Notes: generated from the sequence alone by a model not told the origin. DNA of 64,000 nucleotides from Octopus bimaculoides (GCF_001194135.2 NC_068981.1:149635161-149699160), one strand, 5' to 3'; shown: positions 38,416 through 53,345, counted from the stretch's first letter. Numbers and translations: made by a program.

Positions 38416-39245
38416 ATATATTATATATGTATGTGTGTGTGTGTGTGTGTGTATGTGTGTGTGTGTGTATGCATGTATGTATGTATGTATGTATTTGCAC
38501 GCATATATACCTATATGTATGTATATATGTATAGGCCAACTTTTATCACACAGTTCTCACCTGAATTTATGGAATATATGAAAACTGGTAATTGACGATA
38601 TAACTGTTTATTCTCTTAATTTAGCAATACAATGTCATATTATGGATTAGTTGGTGTTGGTTTTTGAAAAAAAATTATTTAATCTAATATATTCCGAATA
38701 CATATTTAGCTACAGAGTGTAGGGACTACATTACATGAAATATATTTTCCCTGTGGTTCCTTTTAAGGAAGTGCTTTATTACCTGCGAGAATTCGATTTT
38801 GAGGTTATAGAGATATTAATTACGTTACTTCCTATAAACTTATAATTTTGCTATAATAGAAGATGACAGCAACCACTTAGGATCATTTAACACAATTAGT
38901 GTTTATTTCTATGTTTAAGGGAATATACATATTCTATGAAGAAAATTGATAATTTTTGTTCTTAAACTGGGTGTATGTCAACGCATAGTTATACTTACAT
39001 TTGAATGTTAAACGCTGACCATTTTGATATATAGGTGTTCTATTCTTATGTTATATATGTTGTATTCAGACTCAGTATAAATCTACGGTGCTTTAAAATT
39101 GCTCTAAAACAGATATAGAATTCTTAATATGAAATAAACTCAAACATTTTGAGAAACTAGCATTTGCTACTCTAAAATATATAAGAAAGGTCAAAAACCT
39201 ACTAAAGAGATTATATTTATATATATTCTTTGTAAGTATATACAT

Positions 39246-39326
<81 letters not shown>

Positions 39327-40699
39327 CGAATCTTATTCTTTGATATGCTATTTACAGTAATTTTAATGCCAGTGGCTTTCTTGTTGAAATTTAGTGTATA
39401 TATAATTCGACAGGAGGCTTTTATTTTATTTAGGGTTCTAAAATAAGACAAATACAAAGTTTTCCAAAAATTATTCCATTAGATAGTTGTTCGGTTTTTC
39501 ATTTTCTGTTTAAACTTCATTACCAATTATTTGTCGTGTTAATGTTTCTGCATAAATATTACTTGTGATTGGTAATATACATTTATGTGAAAAATAAAGC
39601 TGCCAAATGCATATATAAATATTTCCAATGACTGATATATAATTCCTGGTGTAAATGGATTTGTGAATAGGAATACACATGTAACTTAAATTAAGGGAGA
39701 TGTTTATTATTACTAATAGGTGATACGTCATAAACATACGAATACACTTATGTCATGTTTCACATTAATGTTTGTCTTCGATTTTTCTCTCGAGGAGAGG
39801 GTAAACTGCTACTGAGATAGCTAATTGTTAACAGAGTTTAAATAGATACGTGTAGGAATGAAATGAAAATTTCTTGAATTCTGCAGACACATTTATGATA
39901 GCAGCCTGTTAAACGTGTGAAATGAGATTTAAAATATATATATATATCAGTTATTCATAAACCTTATACTACATGTGATTATATACTGCGCGAAATTCTA
40001 ATAAAAATATAGTAACCATAAAACCGATAGATAATACATAGTACATTGTTGTAAGCTTAAGTTAGCAGTTAATAAAACAGATTTGAAGCTATAGCATGGA
40101 AAAACACGATGCTTTTCAAGTGATTATGATAATGAAGATAGAATCCAAGTGTTAAAGGAATGCCTGATTTTTGATACGAGTTACATCTCTTAGAAAGGGA
40201 CTGAGCCCAAAAAGATGAATGTGTATCTGTCTTTCACAGAAGCCACGTATATTTTATCTAATACAAAATCTTCCAGAGAATATACTCAAATAAACCGAAA
40301 ATTCAGTAACCACTTTACGTTGCTATTTCACTCATATAACCTATATAAGCTCAATATTGAAGACCTTATATTGAATAAGAATAATTTCATTTGCTTCGAT
40401 TGAAATGTGCATAAACAAATTGCCTAACAATGACACTCGATTATTGTATTTCTATATTTGTTACCATGAGCAAACATCACCTACAGTGTTGTGAATGTTG
40501 CTTTCAGACAATGCTTACATTGTGTGCATCTAAGATTTGTTATTTGCTTCACTTTTAGTATTTGCTCATTTTGTAATGCAAAGAGATACACATTCTGTCA
40601 ACTGTATTTCTACTGTCAAAGTATCTGCTCATGTTTTAAATTCGACTATAGGATGTTAAACAAATTTTAGATAATTTTCCATAATGTTCTTGCTGATGT

Positions 40700-40707
40700 T
40701 GTTGTTG

Positions 40708-40780
<73 letters not shown>

Positions 40781-40782
40781 CA
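40700..40782. repeat. (TTG)n(TTA)n tail
   Basis: Direct reading. Confidence 0.9.
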
Positions 40783-41125
40783 TTCAGTAGTTTTAATTTT
40801 TATAGCGTGCTTTCACTTCACTACCGAGTGCAGCTCTGTGTGCCTTGTGTATGTGCTGTGGTTTGCTGTGATGTTCTTATGGTTACTGTATTGAAAGTGT
40901 TTTGCGTAGGATGTGTGCAGTGTCCAGTAGTGTAATTTTCTGTATGTTATATATATATGGAAGTCCTAGTGTTTTTGTTATGTATTTGTCTGAATTTGAT
41001 TGAATTTTCCGGTGGAATGCCTTTTCTGAGTTGAGGCCCCAAATTATTGCTATGGCATGCTTTCTCATTTGCATGTTTTGAAGCACCGAGATTACATACT
41101 GGGTTAATACCCTCATCCTGTATTG
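40783..41125 (-). mobile_element. 3' end of RLE-type (R4/Dong-like) LINE
   Basis: DKYITKTLGLPYIYNIQKITLLDTAHILRKTLSIQ* plus UTR homologous to 17488-17690. Confidence 0.85.
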
Positions 41126-41436
41126 TTATAACATTTCCTTACTTGATTTTTGCATTTCTGTAATCTTGCGCGCGTCAAAATATTTGTAACCTATTTGTAT
41201 TTTCTACTTCCCTGGCTATGAATATTACATTAGTTTCTATATTATTTTGCTTAGCCGCTGGTAAAACAGTTATTATTTTATAGGTTGTTGGTTTAGCTTA
41301 GAGTGAAATTTTTGTGTTTTTGTTTAACAAAATTGCTGTCGTTATTTATATGACGACGGATTATATGATTTACTAATTTAGTGGAAGTGATTTTAGTTAC
41401 ATTTTTGTTGTTATTTTTTTTATACTATTGTAATTA

Positions 41437-42880
41437 CACTGGTCAACACGATTTTTGGTGCCAAGAAACAAAACACGTCTTTTAGCTAATTTGATGGTGC
41501 TGATTCCAAAAATGACCTTAGTATTTCGTGGTTAGCTACCGTTTTACTTTACTGAAACTGCACATTTTTGTAAAATAGATCAATTTACGATCTTGGCCGA
41601 TCGCGAAATTTAGTTAAAAAAGGTAGTAGAAACGCATGAATTTTCAGGCCGATCAGTTTATGTCAGCCACCTGAAATAAACTATTTTTATAAGAATAGAA
41701 GTGTTTCTGAGTCAAAACATTTAAAATAGAAGTGCCGATCTTTTCCAATTTATTGCCAAAATTTTAATTAACTGATAAACTTTATCAGTAATACACTTTA
41801 GTAAACCTGATAATTAAGGTGACATCGAAACAATGAAGCCCTAAAATCTTCTGTTTGATATTTATAAATTCATCCCATCACTTTTATCCCTTCAATATGG
41901 AAGGAAACCAAGCACATTAAGAGCTTTTGTTTTCACAATTAGAAAAAAAAAACTCCAACTAAAACATCCTAATTGAATGCAGCTAATCAGTTGCACACGA
42001 TGAACACCATGAAAATGGTTTCACCATAACATCTGCTCTCCACCCGGGATTACGAAGATACAGAGCAGAATCAGTGTAACGACTCTTTCTGTCTTTTGTT
42101 ATTGACAGTTTTACGAGTTTTTCCGTAGGACATTGGGAAAGATCAAATTACCTAAATGTGAACACGCAAAGTATAACCAACTCATGTTCTTTCTTAATCA
42201 TAGAGATAGATATCAAATGACATGGCTTCAACGAGAGGATTCAAAAATGATCCCAACTTATTTTGGTATACATGCGGCGAGTTCACAGCGAAAGCCAACA
42301 GGAAACCGATATCTGACTTTTACAAGAAAGCCTATCGTGCTTACCTTTACGTCGAGCTTGGTAATCAGTACAAATCATGGTAACTCACATTGTTTCCAAT
42401 ACATGTTTGGAACACATGAGACAGTAGACTTCAGGTACCCGAAATTTGCTGAGATTCGCTATTCCTATGATCTGGCGTGAGCCAAAGAATCACTCTGACG
42501 AATGTTACTTCTGCTCAGTCAGTGTAGCGGGACTGACTATCGACTATGCCAGTCTTCATTCCGCTATTCGACCAGTGCCGCATTCAGATGATTTGCCAAA
42601 CCCAGTTTTTTCAGGAAAATGTGTTGAAACTTGTTGAAAGTGACGAGTCTGATACTGATGTAAATGAGAGACACAGCAAAAACGATCCTATGAGCTGAAT
42701 GATTTGGTTCGAGACTTAAATCTAAGCAAAGAATCAGCAGAGCTTATTAGCAAAAAGCACAAAGGTTACATTCTATCAGAATAGAGATGCTGCATTTCTA
42801 CCATTCTTTAATGAGAACACGGATCGTGTTCATTGCAATGACGTTGAGAGCGTTCTTCTTCGACTAGGCGTTTTTCTTGT
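41437..42880 (+). mobile_element. Chapaev3-like (CACTA superfamily) transposon, left end and transposase N-terminus
   Basis: TTA|CACTGGTCAACA start; FYKKAYRAY, ELGNQ.KSW, PMIWREPKNHSDECYFC, SAIRPVPHSDDLP, ELNDLVRDLNLSKESAELL. Confidence 0.75.
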
Positions 42881-44060
42881 TGATTTCATAACACATTGAG
42901 AAACTGTTTATTTCCATGCTTGTTTGCTGCACTTTCTCTTTGTGTTTGTATGTTCATACAGAAATTTTCAGGATGTCCTCAATTTTCGAACATGGCCACT
43001 GAGATTTCGGCATACAGATTATTTGTCATATTTTGTTGAAACTGTAGTCTGCACCTTTTTTCAGTAGGTCTACTATGATATAGTTTGCATGTTTAAGTAT
43101 TGATACAATTTTTTCGATCATGATTACATGGGAATATCGCTCATTGATATGAATTTTTAAATATTTTAATTCGTTTTATCCTATGTAAACATCTCTAAAA
43201 ATAATAGTTCTCTTCCGCTCACCAAAGTTAATTCGCAAACGGATAACCGTTTACGAAACCTAAGTGTTGCAAGCAAAACCTTAATGACGGTGCTCCAGCA
43301 TGTCCACAGCCGTTTCACTTAAACCAGTAAAAGCTTAGTCTTCATGGATTCATTGCCAATTCAGCTATGGTCATAGTTTTGTTGATGCCATTCTACTTCG
43401 ATTTTCTTTTAGTTTATATTTTGTAGAGTACTGTGATTTGAATTTTCTTGTTTCAGTACTTGTTTTACTCTGAATATTCTGGCGGTTACATTCCAGTTTT
43501 ACGTTGTAGACCTTTATTGTTTTTATGGTTTGATTTTCCTCATCCGTTAATTTGGTGCTTGACTGTTATTTGTTTATATATTTTATTATGTATTCTTACA
43601 TTTTGTTGCAAAATTTTCACACGCATCTAATATCGAATCAATGAGAACGAGATATTAGTATCCATATCAACTCATTTGTATTCTATATGTTAGCGAAGAT
43701 ATGGCATATTTTATAACTAGATAAGGTATTAAAAATCTTACACATAGCCATATATGTTTAAAGCTTTATAAGACTCACTGATATATATAAATTTTGCAAA
43801 TATTATCTATCTTTCCTCTATCAATCAGTCTATGAATCAATATTTCTTTATAAGTATATGCCATGAGTCATTCTTCCAATTTTTTTTTCGAATGTGTGTA
43901 CGTCCATTAGTGTGTATAATGTAAAGTAGACATAGGATAGTACGTTTTGAAGGATACATGGATCTGATGATAAATTTCCATACAAATATCATAAAATTTG
44001 CTATTTTAGCTGTTAATCACACCTCAAAAGTTCTCTAATGATCATCTATTTCATCGTATA

Positions 44061-44187
44061 CAGGGTGTCCACAAAGTCTGGGTACATGGAGTAAATAAAA
44101 TCATAACATAAACAATGAAATATACGAAATAGTAATTTCTTAAAGTATGTGTTAATCCCCATGTACCCAGACTTTGTGGACACCCTG
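44061..44187. mobile_element. Tc1/mariner MITE
   Basis: TA|CAGGGTGTCCACAAAGTCTGGGTACATGG...CCATGTACCCAGACTTTGTGGACACCCTG|TA; 29-bp perfect TIRs. Confidence 0.92.
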
Positions 44188-46059
44188 TAGAAGAATTTAT
44201 GTCGTTTTGAAAGGGACAGTCTTTTGAAGAGAAAATCTTCTGAGAATCGCAAGGTTTCTGGTACATCCATCACTTAGTGCTTCATCAGTAATATTTGTTT
44301 CTATTCGTGATGTAAAATGAGCAATGACATGTAGAAAAAAGATGATTCAGCATAAAATCTAGAATGGATTAAGAAAGAAAGCAAAGAGATTGAGAATACA
44401 AAATAAGTAGACAAACTGAAGGGAAGAAAAAAAATTGCGACTAGAAATAAACACTTAAATTAATAAATAAAGCAAACAAAAATGTTTATTTGACAATGAA
44501 TAAAATTCTTATGTTCTAAAGGTACTGGAAAGCAAAATTGCGGTAGCCGTGACGTCCCAAATGGCTTGGAAATATGAAAAAAAAGGAAATAGTAGAGAAA
44601 TGAAAAAAAAAAGCACGACTTGGCTATATTGGTTTATATTTTCCATAAAACTACAAATACTTTTGTAAAGACTAAATAATCATATAAATTGAAAGGAAGT
44701 TCCTGGCAATTATATTTGCAGTTGACGCAAGTTACTTTCTGACTTTATAGTGTCAATAGAATAAAAAACTAATCATGAATAAGATTGAAAATAATAAACT
44801 TCGGCCTTTCCCATTACAAACTGTTATTGTTGCGTCTAGTTATAAGAAATCAATTCTTAAAAACATAAAGCTATCAACCAGGAATAATCGCTATTATTGT
44901 AAGAAGCAACACTTTAGAATTTATAGTGTGCAAGGATTATAATGGATTACTATAATGAAAATGTACTTTTAATTCTGTAGGCCTATAAAATAAACTGTTT
45001 CAAAGCACTTGACCTGACTTCAGTTTTCAGTTTCTAAAGAAGCTCGTTACATCCTCATTCTTTATCACCTTTGTGTGCTAGCATCATATCAAAAAATAAC
45101 CCTGGCGTCATTTTTAATTCAGATGTTCCATAGAATATTAAATCCACATTTCTCTCTTACTTCTACTTTCTTTGTTTGAAGAAAATAGCATTTCTGTAAT
45201 TTTTCTTTTATCACAAATAATAAGGTTTTCTACTATCACATTTCTTTCACATAGAATGACGACAATATTCACGAAATATAACTGACTTGCAAGTGTACTT
45301 TTTATTAATTCAAACTTGCAGCTGATAATTAAAATGTGCAGGTAATTAGGAAATGTAAACACACTCAGGTTTAGATGGATGCGTATTACTTAATTCTAAA
45401 ATGTTTCTAATAGAAAGCATAAAAAAGGAGATTGAATTGACATCAAAACACGACTTCTGTTCAGCAGAACATCATTCAAACTGGAAATGATTTAGTACAA
45501 TAGTTGTGTGGGAGTTGCGCAAATGTTGTGAATGTAAACTGCAAGTAGACTGAACTGAAATAATTTTCTTCAAAGAATAGTGAGATTCTGTTGAAAGAAA
45601 TGTTCTATATGCATTGTTCAAAAGAAAGGAGAATTTTCGTTGAATGATTTAATTTAGTCGTCTAACATGATTTCTGAATAGTACAGTCTATTCGAGTCCT
45701 CTTTCAAGTAAGTCACCGTAAATTACACGTTCTTACATTCGTCTGAATTGGTTGCTCTCTCTCTGGTATTCGCGTGTAGCAACGTACATACACACACACA
45801 CATACACGCACTCACACACACATACACACACATACACACATTCACACACACATACCACCCACAGAGAAATATAGAGGCACAAACACACATACACAAACAC
45901 ACAAATTAGCAGATAAACATGAATGTATGTTAACATGTACATACACACATACTTGTATAAATACATATACATATATACATGTACGCATACATACATGTAT
46001 GCATACATACATGTATGCATACATACATGTATGCATACATACATGCAAACCTACACAAC

Positions 46060-47110
46060 GACCATCGATCCAAAACCCCACAAAGACAAACACACAGACA
46101 GCGAGACAAACAAGACACACACAACCAACAACCTATAACACTTGGAGAGAACAAACAGAATATGAACAACCACCAACACATAACGCTGGACATCCAAAAT
46201 GGATACACACATGGAGCATCAACCTCATGCGCCCCCACAAATTTGCAAGATGGATAGAAAACAACCACCACTATCAAAACAATACAAACACACAATATGT
46301 ATCATTCAACTACCCACTAGGAAACCTGAACCCCAGGAATGGAAATTGACCCAACAAACACGGATGAGAAGAAAACAACTACCACAGACAAAACGACACA
46401 TACAGACCATATAGACCACCCCTACCTCTACAAGAAAATCTAAAACCTGAAAATGTAATTTAGAGACAACACAAACCTATTTTTAGGGAAAGGATACTTC
46501 AACCATACTCCAGACCCAACACGCCAAAATTTCCGAATGAACACACGAAACACATAGACCCCAAAATAATAAACCTATCTAAAAGAGAACTTAACGAAAG
46601 TGAAATGAACCTACTACTAAAAGGCCTCAAATTTACACCCATACCTATTCCAAATCTCAGAGAACACAAAACTGATATAGACAAATTTAGCCGCCGCCTC
46701 CGCCTCCGCCATATGGAATTCTTTGAAAATAAGGAAAGAGAAGATAACTCAATCATAAGAAAATAATCCCATTTCACCCTTTATCGGGGAAGTGACAAAC
46801 ACCTAAACGCATACATCTTCAAATTCCCTCTCAACACACATAAATGCAAACAGAACCTCCGCAGAGGAGAAAAAGCCTTACAAAAACTAAAAAACGACAA
46901 GTCGATCATTCTAAAAGAAGCTGACAAATGTGGAGCAATAGTAATTATGGATACAGATTGCTAAAATGAAAAGATACTGGCAATACTTAACAACCAGACA
47001 TACTAGAAAGAGGAATCAACACAACCAGGGAAAGCAACATTAAAAAAATTGGAACATTAGTCAATGAATACCAGGACTCCTTTACAGACAAGGGAAAAGA
47101 CTACCAAAAA
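46060..47110 (+). mobile_element. Penelope-like element N-terminal fragment
   Basis: IINLSKRELNESEMNLLLKGLKFTPIP, FSRRLRLR, ALQKLKNDKSIILKEADKCGAIVIMD (PLE pre-RT motifs). Confidence 0.85.
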
Positions 47111-48049
47111 TTCCATAAAGCTCGAGGCTGATATAAATATGATTTGAAATCCCTGTTCCACGGGTTTTCATTTGTCTAATGTAATTTATTCTTTATCAAA
47201 AAAAGTTATATTTAAAATTGGAATATCCATCACGCATCTAATAAGTTCTAAATTAAAATCTTTAGTATCAAATATTTCACTCGCTGGTAATGAATGAAAA
47301 TAAACTTATAGGGATTACTTCTGTCTCATAACAGCAATATCTAACTTAGTAATTGATAAAATGAAGAAAGTATACTGGGTGAAATATGCATATACAGATA
47401 TATGCTCATAACAGATATTTCAAAATCGTTGAACACAAATTACTGACTTGTATAGATTCAGAACTCGCGACGGTTTTAACAAAGGCATCGTAGCATATTA
47501 TACTGTCTAAATTGCAGTTAAGGCATTTTCGAGAACCTTCTGCATTATCCTCCAAATTGTCAACAGTGTGGATTTCATGTGAAAGTAGAATATTGCTACT
47601 ATGAGATATGCTATGTATAAGTTGCAAAAGTTATACTTTCGATAAAACTATGACCCATTTATCGGTCTCACCACGGACTTCGCTACTATAAAAACAAAAT
47701 TTTTGTTAATTATTATGTACAACAGTAACAGCAGAACATTTGTAAAGTAATTTGTTGCATTTCAACGAAAGAATGATGAACTTTTTTAAAAAGACAGAAA
47801 ATACAGATATTTCTTTTGGAAAGCAGTGTGTAGTTAAAAGGTTCGCTTTATTACTTTTTCGAAATGGGACTCTTTATAACATCACAAAACCGATTTTAAT
47901 CCTAACACTTGCCCATACATTTTTAGCGTTTGTAACTCCTGAAGCTATTTTACTTGTACCATATACCATTTTTTGTATGTCATGATGTGGAAGTATTAAA
48001 GACAAAAATCAACGGTAACTGATATGAATATAAAGGAAAAATAAACTAT

Positions 48050-48302
48050 TCCATAATTACAGGAAAACAAGAAAATACATTATCTTTGGCACCATGTTAA
48101 TAAACGAGAAAATCAGCTTCAAATATGTAGCTTGAGGAAAGCTTAACAAGAACTCGTGCCTAAGGGGCTGTACAACCACTAATGCATGAATATATGAACA
48201 TATATACNNNNNNNNNNNNNNNNNNNNNNNNNNNNNNNNNNNNNNNNNNNNNNNNNNNNNNNNNNNNNNNNNNNNNNNNNNNNNNNNNNNNNNNNNNNNN
48301 NN

Positions 48303-48366
<64 letters not shown>

Positions 48367-48540
48367 CACACATATATCTGCTGGAATTTCCTGTGCATTT
48401 ACGTTATTGTGAACGGAGTTGACATTTTTGACATCAACCGCATATGGATTTCTTACAAATGCATCGGGAGTAAATTTCCTCCAGTCATAAAGTAATTCAA
48501 CGTCACTTAACTTCATAACACCTCTCAAGTTCAACCTGAT
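48050..48540 (-). mobile_element. hAT (Buster/Charlie-like) transposase C-terminal remnant, split by microsatellite/gap
   Basis: FVRNPYAVDV (cf. W.RNPF..D) and LLSFPQATYLKLIFS (cf. LLPF.TTYLCE.GFS dimerisation motif). Confidence 0.5.
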
Positions 48541-49249
48541 ATATCCTTTCAGAATTCGATAGTCAGAATTAAGAATAAAAACACATAACGTAGGCTTTAC
48601 AGCTTAAAGCACTATTTTACCATCGTTTCTTGATCAGAATGTTATCTAGTTGTGCTCTAATGTAATGTTATCTGTTGATGTAAACGTCAACAGTACACTT
48701 TTTCCCTTTGTGTATTGTTAACTGAAATTGACCATTTCACATTCAATTTCACAATCTATGAATGAACAAACCTATCTAATGAGAAATCAAGAAGATAACG
48801 ATAAACGAAGACTAAATTGTAAGTAAATCCATAAACCTACCACTAAAATGTGTAAATTCACAAGAGCAAACGAAGAAATATTAGAATATGCGAAACTACC
48901 GGTTGCTTATCTTTAGGATAAAATGAATATATTCCAAAATGCTTAAAAAGAATTAACAGTCTTCTCTTACATGAATAACCATGCATAAAGTAATTAGAAT
49001 AAATATCGTTAACAGAGAAAATAAAATTGAAAGCAATGATGACTAAATAAAAATGGAACACACCTCTAGCATACATGGATAATCACCAATATCGTAGACA
49101 AAGCGTTCATTTGTTTTGAAGAAAAATATTTCCTGGAGATACATGTAACTCTATAGAAATTCTGAAGAGTCTTATCAAGTCATTTGAATATTGCACAGCA
49201 CCGAGTCCTTACAATATATAATTATACAAATAATTAGCAAAAATACAGC

Positions 49250-50560
49250 ATGCGGCAAAAAACCGCCAATATTTACAGGTTCAGCAGAAATGGCCCAATA
49301 ATTATCACAAATCGTGCACTCATCAAAACCATGATGATCGCTAAAAAAAAAAAAACGATGGGAAATAACCTACAAGAAACCGTTCCTACAGTCTGCTACC
49401 TTTGTAAGCGTACACCAATGGTTGGAGATGTTTCTGCTACATTCTGTAAATGACAATGTAACAAAAGTATGGTAAACAAGCACACTTGGATCCAGTACTT
49501 GATGTGCAATATAAACTTACACAAAGCCAATGATATAATGCTAATACCAAAGACAGGAAGTCTTGGATTTCTTAAATAGTACAAAGACTTCAGATAATTA
49601 GTTACTAGAGATAAATTCTTTAGCAAATTGTTATTTTTAAGAATACGTCTCCAATTATTAGTGAAAGTCAACCAGCATGGCTTTTGTTCAGGTAAACCAA
49701 AACTATCGTAAATTATCCCAATATTGAAAGTATCAAAAACCAAAACTTAATATTTATTATATTATTTGTAGATTTTAGAGAAATTTTCAATTCGATCCAT
49801 CTAGTCAATCTGATATAGGCTAATCCAGGCTCCATCACTGATGCAATTAACATTGACTTCAAAGGTACCAGCATTCAGGTTATATTATTTGATGGTGATG
49901 GATATTTTTTTGAGATCAAGGCAACAGTATTACAATGTGCCTGTCTTATACTATTTCAATTCATCGTACTTTTCCTAATTAAACATTGCAGCATAAAATA
50001 ATAAAGAAACATGCTACCAGCTAGGTTTCCAAAAACAGGCATCATTCTGAAAATCTTACTAGTGATGCAAATTATACAAATAAGATAGCTTTTACTATTA
50101 ATAATATCAAGAAACTTAGACTACTACTTCACAAGCTGAGGAATCTGCAAAGAGATTTGACGTCAAAAAGATTAAACTGAATTTATGATTTTAAGTCAAC
50201 CAAAAATCAGCACATTATATCATGTAATGTTGCAAACTTGAAATTACTGAATGAGTCTAAATACCTGTTATCGTGTATACAAAGCTCAAAAGGGAATAAT
50301 GAAGTAAGAAATGACCAAGCACAGTCAGCAGTGAATTTGATATACAGAATATGAACGTTAAATCTAACTAATGACATTAAAATTATATACAATTTTTCAG
50401 AGCTACTGTAGAAGAAATCATATTGATATATGAAAACTGAGTGTTGGACACTCACTGAAGTACTAAAAAGTAGACTAAATAAATCACATACTAAAATTTT
50501 CGGCAGGGTAAAGAATGTTTCTTGAGAGGAGCACCTATCGAAATACATTATTGTGAACGG
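49250..50560 (+). mobile_element. degraded RTE-like LINE
   Basis: LIPKTGSL, QHGFCSG, F.IKATVLQ, ECWTLTE motifs in order. Confidence 0.6.
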
Positions 50561-50794
50561 GAAAACCCTCACGTTTGTCTGACACTATTTGCGAAGAGAT
50601 AATGAATGTATGTAAACAGATTAGTGGATGATATCCGGTTATACTCGACAAGATGTATCGCATGTATGTATGCATATAATATCATATTATATAAAATATA
50701 ACATAATAATATAATATATATATATAATAACTTGTATAATTGAAAAGTTTCTTAGGCATAATATAAATACACGTGAGGAAGATTTTAACGGTTA

Positions 50795-51180
50795 TTGTTG
50801 TTGGCACTCCGTCGCTTACGACGTCGAGGGTTCCAGTTGATCCGATCAACGGAACAACCTGCTCATGAAATTAACGTGCAACTGGCTAAGCACTCCACAG
50901 ACACGTGTACCCTTAACGTAGTTCTCGGGGATATCTAGCGTGACACAGTGTGACAAGGCTGGCCCTTTGAAATACATGTACAACAGAAACAGGAAGTAGG
51001 AGTGAGAGAAAGTTGTGGTGAAAGAGTACAGCAGGGTTCGCCACCATCCCCTGCTAGAGCCTCGTGGAGCTTTAGGTGTTTTCGCTCAATAAACACTCAC
51101 AACACCCGGTCTGGGAATCGAAACCGCGATCCTATGACCGTGAGTCCGCTGCCCTAACCAATGGGCCATTACGCCTCCAC
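50795..51180 (-). mobile_element. full-length tRNA-derived SINE (family C) with 12-bp TSD
   Basis: Minus head GTGGAGGCGTAATGGCCCATTGGTTAGGG (A box)..GGTTTCGATTCCC (B box); (CAA)n tail; TTTTAACGGTTA at 50783-50794 and 51181-51192. Confidence 0.92.
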
Positions 51181-52999
51181 TTTTAACGGTTAATGTAAGC
51201 CATAAATTTCATTGTAAACATAAAGATTTTAAATTCAATGATTCTAACTGCAATATTCGCAAAGCAACACTGCAACGTCGCACCGATAGACTGTGCAATT
51301 AAAACGAGGTGCAATTCCATTACACTGAAGCAAAATTGATAGGAAATGTTACTATCATGTCCATTCTCTGCTGAATTCCCCTCCCACAAAAAATGGCGAA
51401 TGATGTTAAAAGTAATATTCAAGAAATGACAAAGTTAAAAACAATGTAGTTGAGACACACAAGAATGACCACCATATTCATTACATATCAACGTAACTGT
51501 CCATGACTGAAATTACAGAACTGGGTCTACATCAGTGCCATTGGTGCGAACTCCTATAAAGTGAGAGTAGCACATCAACATCGTTTCAGCTTGAAAATAA
51601 CTTCAAATGTTTGCAAACACTGTAGTATGGATTTAAGAAACGTACTTTCCCAAACATCTGCGAGAAACGCACATGAAAATAATGGGAAACATAAAATTTA
51701 AACATAATCGTGGTATTCAGTACACCTTATACAATCATGTATATTTTTTTAACAAGTACTGAATACATTTTCAGTTGACAGTACACTCGCCAATGATATG
51801 TGGTCAGCAATGAATAATATGATAAAACGACGTGGAACGCTATAGAACTTTCTATGTTGTCGCTTCTCCTGTTAGATATAACAACCAAATTTCCTTCAAA
51901 CTTAAGGAAGCATTGCTAGATATAAGCTGCAAGAGAAATGTTTTCAATAAAAGACCCGCACTTATTTATTGATATCCCCCCGGTCGTCTGTTCTATAACG
52001 CACCGAGTGTTTTGCTAGTTTACAAGTACATATGTTACCTTAGAGACTATGTGAGGCATAAAATTCTACTTCTGTGAAGTAGTGAAATACGAATAAAAGG
52101 ATACATTACATATTGTCTTCTTCATGCCGCTGTAACTACCGTGCGCTTCACTGCGACGCCCTAGGAATATCTTCTTTAATTTTGGTAGATGATCAGTTTC
52201 AGGCTGTGTGTCTTTGCCAGTAACATAAATGTGGTTGAGTTGTGTTCTTTATTCGGACGCAGAACCATCTAAAACATAACAAATGATATAACCTGTTGTT
52301 CAGCACTCTAGCTACAAAACAGATATTGGTGGAATTTGTCCATAAGCATCATCTTTGACCTTGATCTCAGGCCATGAGGTATTTTGAATCTCGTAAGAAA
52401 CAGTGTATACTTAGCACCAAGACAATCTTGAAACATCTTGAGAGTGTAGCTTTTAAGGCATACAGCCCACTATAAACACCCCAAACAAAAAGTTAGGCTG
52501 ATCTTGGCTGCAATTTCTTTTATTATAAATCAACTGATTTATGCTTCACATGGGAATAACTCACAATAACAAGCAATAGTAAAACGAAAATAAAAAGCAC
52601 TGTAGTTATAAAACCAACTTTATGTTATTTGATCTCAGTAACCTATAATACTACAGTAAACGCATTAGTGTATGAAATTTGTCAAATTTTCTTCGGCCTC
52701 CACCCAACACCGTTTCACAAAAATACGATGGATGCATAGATGTCTAAAATATTTAATGCACTGTTGAGTAAGCTAATTGCTTTACAAGATTATTCTGTAA
52801 CATTGTTATAAAATATCATGAATGATAAGCTGACTGAAATGTTGGCAGTCAATGAACATTAAACAATGATATATTTATCGAAGGTCTATAATATTTTAAT
52901 TCATTCTTTGACACCTATACAACAGTTAAACAGACGAACTATATTCCGTGTCACTATAAACAAAAAGACTTTTACTACTTACACCCCCTCCACAAACAC

Positions 53000-53038
<39 letters not shown>

Positions 53039-53080
53039 NNNNNNNNNNTAAATGAAGTATTAACAGTAACTGCACGATAA

Positions 53081-53192
53081 AGTGTAGTATATTGCCACTT
53101 AAGTGTGGCTGACCCCTAGGGGTGGATGTTAAAAGCAACAGTAACATCCACCCCTAGGGGTCAGCCACACTTAAGTAGCAATATACTACACT
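53081..53192. repeat. near-perfect 51-bp inverted repeat with 10-nt loop
   Basis: AGTGTAGTATATTGCCACTTAAGTGTGGCTGACCCCTAGGGGTGGATGTTA / complement, one mismatch. Confidence 0.95.
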
Positions 53193-53345
53193 ATATATAT
53201 ATATATACATAATATTTTGTTAACCCATATTCTACAAAAGTGACTCAATAATATGAGGTTACGTGCCTAATCATTTATTAAACCTATCACTTACTTTTAT
53301 AGGCATTTTGGCATTAAACCGTACGTGTTTTAGTAAGTACTACAA

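Noticed and set aside
47448-51660. Apparent chain of minus-strand exons with phase-compatible splice sites and channel/TM-like peptides
   Set aside because: 48050-48540 matches hAT motifs and 49400-49750 is the antisense of an RTE RT remnant. Splice-like signals are common by chance in AT-rich DNA, and the remaining pieces could not be chained.
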